Below, in pieces: positions 60,076-64,000 of a stretch of DNA of 64,000 nucleotides. Source of the stretch: an uncultured Prevotellaceae bacterium (GTDB lineage Bacteria; Bacteroidota; Bacteroidia; Bacteroidales; Bacteroidaceae). A program made the position numbers and the translations under genes. Below the pieces are notes generated by a model. The model saw nothing but the letters and a program-made list of their open reading frames with translations, ran no database searches and had not been told where the DNA came from. The stretch spans positions 464 to 64,463 of the forward strand of contig CACXPX010000014.1 in assembly GCA_902769705.1 (NCBI GenBank), given 5' to 3'. Numbering within the stretch: the first letter of the stretch is position 1; each line of letters starts with the position of its first letter.

Positions 60076-60879
60076 TCATTCCAATTCGTAAACGCCGGAA
60101 GGCGTCTTGCGCTTCAAGACGTCGAGTTCGAAATCCTTACCGGCAATAAGGCCATAACTCCTTAATATCTGCTCCACCGACTTGCGTGCCAGCTCAGGAT
60201 GATTGTTCTCCTCGCTCAGGTGGCACAACCATACATGCTTCAACCGCGTGGTGGCATTCTCGGCAATAGCCTTGGCGCACTCCTCGTTGGCCAGATGCCC
60301 CTCAGGACTCTTGATGCGGTCTTTCAAATGAGCGGGATAAGGCCCGGCTTTCAACATCTCGGCATCATAATTGGCCTCCAGCACCAGATAGTCGCACTCG
60401 CCAATCATCTGCTTCATCTCGTCGGTCACATGCCCCACATCTGTCATGATGCAAAACACAATCCCGTCGTAACAAATGCGGTAGCCCACGTTGTCGGTAC
60501 TGTCGTGAGGCACGTGGAACGGAGTAATCTCGAAATCGTCGAGTTGGAAAGTCCTGCCCACTTCAATGATTTTCACACACGAGGGCTGGATTTTGTGGCG
60601 CACACAATAATTCTTGCTTATCCCCACATGCACCTTGTGTGTGGAATAAACAGGCAAGTTGTAATCTCTACTGACGCTTCCCACCGATTTCACGTGGTCG
60701 GCATGGTCGTGTGTGACAAGTATGTTCTTTACCGATGACAGCGACAAACCATATTCGCGGAAATACTTCTTCAACATGCGCGTTCCTATGCCCACATCTA
60801 TGATGAACCCTCCGTTATCGTTGTAGATGAAATAGCAATTCCCGCTACTGCCGCTGCCGAATGATATAAATTTCAGCAT
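60076..60879 (-). CDS. MBL-fold metallo-hydrolase (YycJ/WalJ-like)
   Basis: SGSSGNC, THDHADH, HDST, TDVG, LEANYD, HLSEENN. Confidence 0.92.
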   Translation of the reverse strand: MLKFISFGSGSSGNCYFIYNDNGGFIIDVGIGTRMLKKYFREYGLSLSSVKNILVTHDHADHVKSVGSVSRDYNLPVYSTHKVHVGISKNYCVRHKIQPSCVKIIEVGRTFQLDDFEITPFHVPHDSTDNVGYRICYDGIVFCIMTDVGHVTDEMKQMIGECDYLVLEANYDAEMLKAGPYPAHLKDRIKSPEGHLANEECAKAIAENATTRLKHVWLCHLSEENNHPELARKSVEQILRSYGLIAGKDFELDVLKRKTPSGVYELE

Positions 60880-60897
60880 TTTGGTTGTTATTTTGCA

Positions 60898-60946
60898 CAA
60901 AAGTAAACAAAAGGCTTGAATTAACCAAAGTTTTTGCCTACCTTTG
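60898..60946. promoter_or_regulatory. Divergent -7 boxes
   Basis: TACTTTTG (minus, 60905-60898) and TACCTTTG (plus, 60939-60946). Confidence 0.65.
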
Positions 60947-60967
60947 TCCAAATTTAATGATTTTAAT

Positions 60968-61435
60968 ATGAAATTTAATATTAGAATAGCGATTTTCAAC
61001 ACACTCCTCGTGTTGGCGGGTATTGTGGTATCGGCTTGCAACAAACAAAAAGAAGGCCCCGAGACGACGCTTGAGGAGCGTGTGGACTCGTTTGCCAACG
61101 CCTACTTCAACTGGCAATTCTTCAAAGCCATCAATCACGTGACACCTGAGTCGGAGAAATGGATGAGGTACGCTGCCAGCCAGGTGCACCCTGCCGACTT
61201 GAAGCTCATCAACGAGCAAGAGATGAAGGCAAGTGTGGAGATTGACGACATCGAACTCACCAACGACACATCGGCAAAGGTGAAAATCAGCGTGTCCAAC
61301 TACATGCGCATGGACACCATAGGGAATGCGGGAAGAATGATTGACGAGGCAAAATTCATCCTGTATGCCCGATACAGAACAGACAAGAAGAAGTGGATGA
61401 TTCACCTGACCGACCTTCCACGACACGAAAAATGA
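60968..61435 (+). CDS. Hypothetical lipoprotein
   Basis: Lipobox VSAC; follows a -7 box. Confidence 0.75.
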   Translation: MKFNIRIAIFNTLLVLAGIVVSACNKQKEGPETTLEERVDSFANAYFNWQFFKAINHVTPESEKWMRYAASQVHPADLKLINEQEMKASVEIDDIELTNDTSAKVKISVSNYMRMDTIGNAGRMIDEAKFILYARYRTDKKKWMIHLTDLPRHEK

Positions 61436-61525
61436 CACACCGGCATGAATTTTTTGCCCTGATGTCTTGCTTGTTTGATTCTTTTGAATTATATTTGCAC
61501 CATATTTAACAAGCAATACCAAGAA

Positions 61526-61966
61526 ATGAAAGCAACCGAACAAACCACCCAGCAGATTGAACGCGCCATCAGAAAGATAGCACAGAAATATCCCGCCAAC
61601 GAAGAAACGTCTGTGCTCACCGACATCCATCTGAGAGTGACGCAGGAAAGTGGCGAAATGGTGGCATTCGACGATGACGAGAACGAAATCAACCGTTGCG
61701 TGATTGAGCAATGGATTGACAACAAAGACGAGAACTTCTATGAGGATGTCACGGAAATCTTGCGCAACTCGCTCAAGAACCTTCACGACATCGTGGACAA
61801 CATGGGCATCATGAAGCCTTATGGATTCGTGTTGGAAGACGACGACACAGAGACCATTGCCGAGCTCTATCTTGCCGACGACGACACCGTCATCATCGGT
61901 GGCGACTTGATGGAGAACCTGGACGAAGACCTCGACTCATTCCTCGACAACCTGCTGAAGGATTAG
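61526..61966 (+). CDS. Acidic hypothetical protein
   Basis: Host-like codon usage; TATATTTG box at 61490-61497. Confidence 0.8.
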   Translation: MKATEQTTQQIERAIRKIAQKYPANEETSVLTDIHLRVTQESGEMVAFDDDENEINRCVIEQWIDNKDENFYEDVTEILRNSLKNLHDIVDNMGIMKPYGFVLEDDDTETIAELYLADDDTVIIGGDLMENLDEDLDSFLDNLLKD

Positions 61967-62002
61967 CAAGGGCGTGCATCAAGCACACTCCCCTTACACC
62001 AT

Positions 62003-62045
62003 AAAAAATGCAAGAAGAGCAGTTTGCCTTTCTTGCATTTCTTTT
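62003..62045. terminator. Bidirectional terminator between convergent genes
   Basis: AAATGCAAGAA/TTCTTGCATTT stem with A and T runs. Confidence 0.8.
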
Positions 62046-62074
62046 TATCCCCTTTCATCATACATTCGAGTTTC

Positions 62075-63592
62075 CTAAAGCTTCACTTTCTGCTTGACGG
62101 CCTTGCTCTCGTTGCTCATTCTGTCGAGTGCCGTGACCACATAAGTGTAGGGCGTCTTGCCGTTCTCGTAGGGCAGCTTGTATTGCGTCTGAGTGGTGAT
62201 GGCCACAATCTTCGAAGAATTGCCAATGTCCACACGCTCGCCTGGAGCAAAACGATAGACCACATAGCGCACCACCTCGTCGCTCCACTTGTTGCCTGCC
62301 GGCTGCTTCCACATCAGCCAATAGCCATCAGGGCCCCATTGGTCGCGAACAGACAAAGGTTTCTTGGGCGACGAGCCGTCGATGAACGGCATCTGGGGAG
62401 GCAACGCTGGCGACTTCCAATACGACTTGCGGAGCACCGTTCCGTAGTTGCCCACGTTGTCGGCAACGGCTTTCGAATACCACAACACCGTTCCCTTCAC
62501 GTTCCGCATCTGCGAATGTAACTTGAATTTCGCGGGCATCTGGTTCACCTTCGGATTCTTCAGGTCGGCAAACTTCACCGTGCGCTCCACGTCTTCGCCA
62601 ATATAGAGATGACGCTTCCCAGCATGCTTGTCCCACCAGTTGATGAGCGTCTGGTAGTCGGCGGCCTTGTTGCCAATCTCCCAATAGATCTGTGGCACAC
62701 AATAGTCAATCCAACCATTGTTCACCCACATCAGCACGTCGGCATAGAGGTCGTCATAGTTCTGCGTTCCATTGGTCTCGCTTCCCACCTCGGGGGCGCT
62801 CTTCTTGTTGCGGTAGATGCCAAACGGCGACACACCGAACTTCACCCAAGGCTTCACCTTCTTGATGCGCTCGCCCATCTGCTTGATGAACATGTTCACG
62901 TTGTCGCGGCGCCAGTCGCCCTTGTTCTTGAATCCGTTGCTGTGGGCGGCAAACTCCTTGTCGTCGGGAATCTGGAGGCCAGCTACGGGATAAGGATAGA
63001 AATAGTCATCGATATGAATTCCGTCGACATCATAGCGGCGCACGATATCCTCAACCACCTGGCAGATATAATCGCGATTGGCGTCGATGCCTGGATTCAG
63101 GATGCGCAAGCCGTCGTACATAAACACGCGCTCGGGATGGGTCACGGCAATATGATTGTTGGCAAAAACCGTTGTGCCCTTGGTGCTGGCACGATAGGGA
63201 TTGAGCCAAGCGTGCAACTCCATTCCGCGCTGGTGGCATTGCTTCACCATCCACTCCAACGGGTCCCAATAAGGCGACGGAGCCTGACCCTGCACACCTG
63301 TCAGGAAACGGCTCCACGGCTCGATTTTGCTGGCGTAGAGCGCGTCACACTCGGGGCGCACCTGGAAGATGATGGCATTCACACCATCCTTCTGCAACTC
63401 GTCGAGCTGGCGGATGAGTTCCTGCTGCATCCCAGCAGTACCCTTCCCCTGGAACTGTCCGTTCACACATTGAATCCACGCCCCACGAAACTCGCGCTTC
63501 GAAGAAGAGTCGGCAATGTTGTCGGGACCTTTCGAAGCACACGCTGCAAGCAGGACTGTCAGCACTAATGCAAAAAGCGATTTCAGTTTCAT
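62075..63592 (-). CDS. Glycosyl hydrolase-like 10 (DUF187/GHL10) lipoprotein with C-terminal FnIII-like domain
   Basis: LAAC; EFRGAWI, FQVRP, HAWLNPYR, HIDDYFYPY, GVSPFGI, PQIYW. Confidence 0.92.
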   Translation of the reverse strand: MKLKSLFALVLTVLLAACASKGPDNIADSSSKREFRGAWIQCVNGQFQGKGTAGMQQELIRQLDELQKDGVNAIIFQVRPECDALYASKIEPWSRFLTGVQGQAPSPYWDPLEWMVKQCHQRGMELHAWLNPYRASTKGTTVFANNHIAVTHPERVFMYDGLRILNPGIDANRDYICQVVEDIVRRYDVDGIHIDDYFYPYPVAGLQIPDDKEFAAHSNGFKNKGDWRRDNVNMFIKQMGERIKKVKPWVKFGVSPFGIYRNKKSAPEVGSETNGTQNYDDLYADVLMWVNNGWIDYCVPQIYWEIGNKAADYQTLINWWDKHAGKRHLYIGEDVERTVKFADLKNPKVNQMPAKFKLHSQMRNVKGTVLWYSKAVADNVGNYGTVLRKSYWKSPALPPQMPFIDGSSPKKPLSVRDQWGPDGYWLMWKQPAGNKWSDEVVRYVVYRFAPGERVDIGNSSKIVAITTQTQYKLPYENGKTPYTYVVTALDRMSNESKAVKQKVKL

Positions 63593-63621
63593 ATCTCTTT
63601 GTGATGGTTTACAGTAGAATT

Positions 63622-63726
63622 AAAAAAGGGAATCTGTCTCACGACACATTCCCCTCCAATACTTACTAAAACTAAATTAACCACTAAAAAAACTAATCTT
63701 ATTTAAAGTTACTATGTTTCTATTTC
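63622..63726 (-). ncRNA. Candidate sRNA of about 105 nt, or terminating leader of the GHL10 gene
   Basis: TATCTTTG box 63739-63732; TTAGT-rich body; GGGAATGTGTC-GTGA-GACAGATTCCC hairpin plus T6. Confidence 0.6.
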
Positions 63727-63841
63727 AATTGCAAAGATAAGGAAAATAATCAATACATGCAAGAGTTTTGACTTTTTTTTATTGCAGATACTTGCATATT
63801 TTTGTAATTTTCACACATCTGTGGCAAAATGGAACACTTTA

Positions 63842-64000
63842 TTAGAATTTATAACCAATTGTGAACAACAGCTGATGGCGCTTGTTGCTGACGTTGACAG
63901 CGTCGCACACATTGTCCTCGCTCTTGTCGTTGTTGTCGAAATAGTTCATGAACGGAGAGAACTCACCATTCGTGGAGCTGTACTGGTAGGCTACGTCGAG
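63842..64000 (-). CDS. 3' end of an outer-membrane beta-barrel protein (FadL/OmpP1-like), truncated by the window edge
   Basis: Hand translation LDVAYQYSSTNGEFSPF...RHQLLFTIGYKF-stop; terminal Y-x-F beta-signal. Confidence 0.75.
   Translation of the reverse strand, partial: LDVAYQYSSTNGEFSPFMNYFDNNDKSEDNVCDAVNVSNKRHQLLFTIGYKF

Overview
Bacteroidales (Prevotella-like) chromosomal window, inferred from gene content, gene order and recurrent TAnnTTTG promoter boxes. Left to right: F1Fo ATP synthase operon (minus strand, transcribed atpD-C-orf-B-E-F-H-A-G); nhaD-pfkA followed by a small T9SS-CTD protein and a secreted HExxH peptidase-like protein; a divergent flippase/glycosyltransferase cluster; a serine hydrolase; a small defence island (EcoRI-family adenine methyltransferase, DUF262-HNH nuclease, Mrr-like nuclease, AAA-DUF4143 ATPase); an 11-subunit complex I operon lacking nuoEFG; a complete divergent beta-mannan PUL (CE7, three GH26, GH130, MFS, AGE-family epimerase, SusC/D, two SGBPs); a lipoprotein, uvrA, GT2, MBL hydrolase, two hypotheticals, a GHL10 lipoprotein and the 3' end of an outer-membrane barrel gene. 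No rRNA, tRNA, CRISPR array, transposase or integrase was seen. The most interesting signals are non-coding. (1) A uORF-containing, two-state structured leader lies in front of the methyltransferase-nuclease operon. (2) Three intergenic arrays share a 22-bp period and a TCA-N11-TGA core, and 33- and 66-bp phased motifs occur in the same island. (3) A palindromic repeat sits both intergenically and in-frame inside a glycosyltransferase. (4) The methyltransferase changes GC content at its NPPF motif. (5) A promoter-to-terminator sRNA candidate lies near the right end. All structures and counts were made by eye and need computational confirmation.
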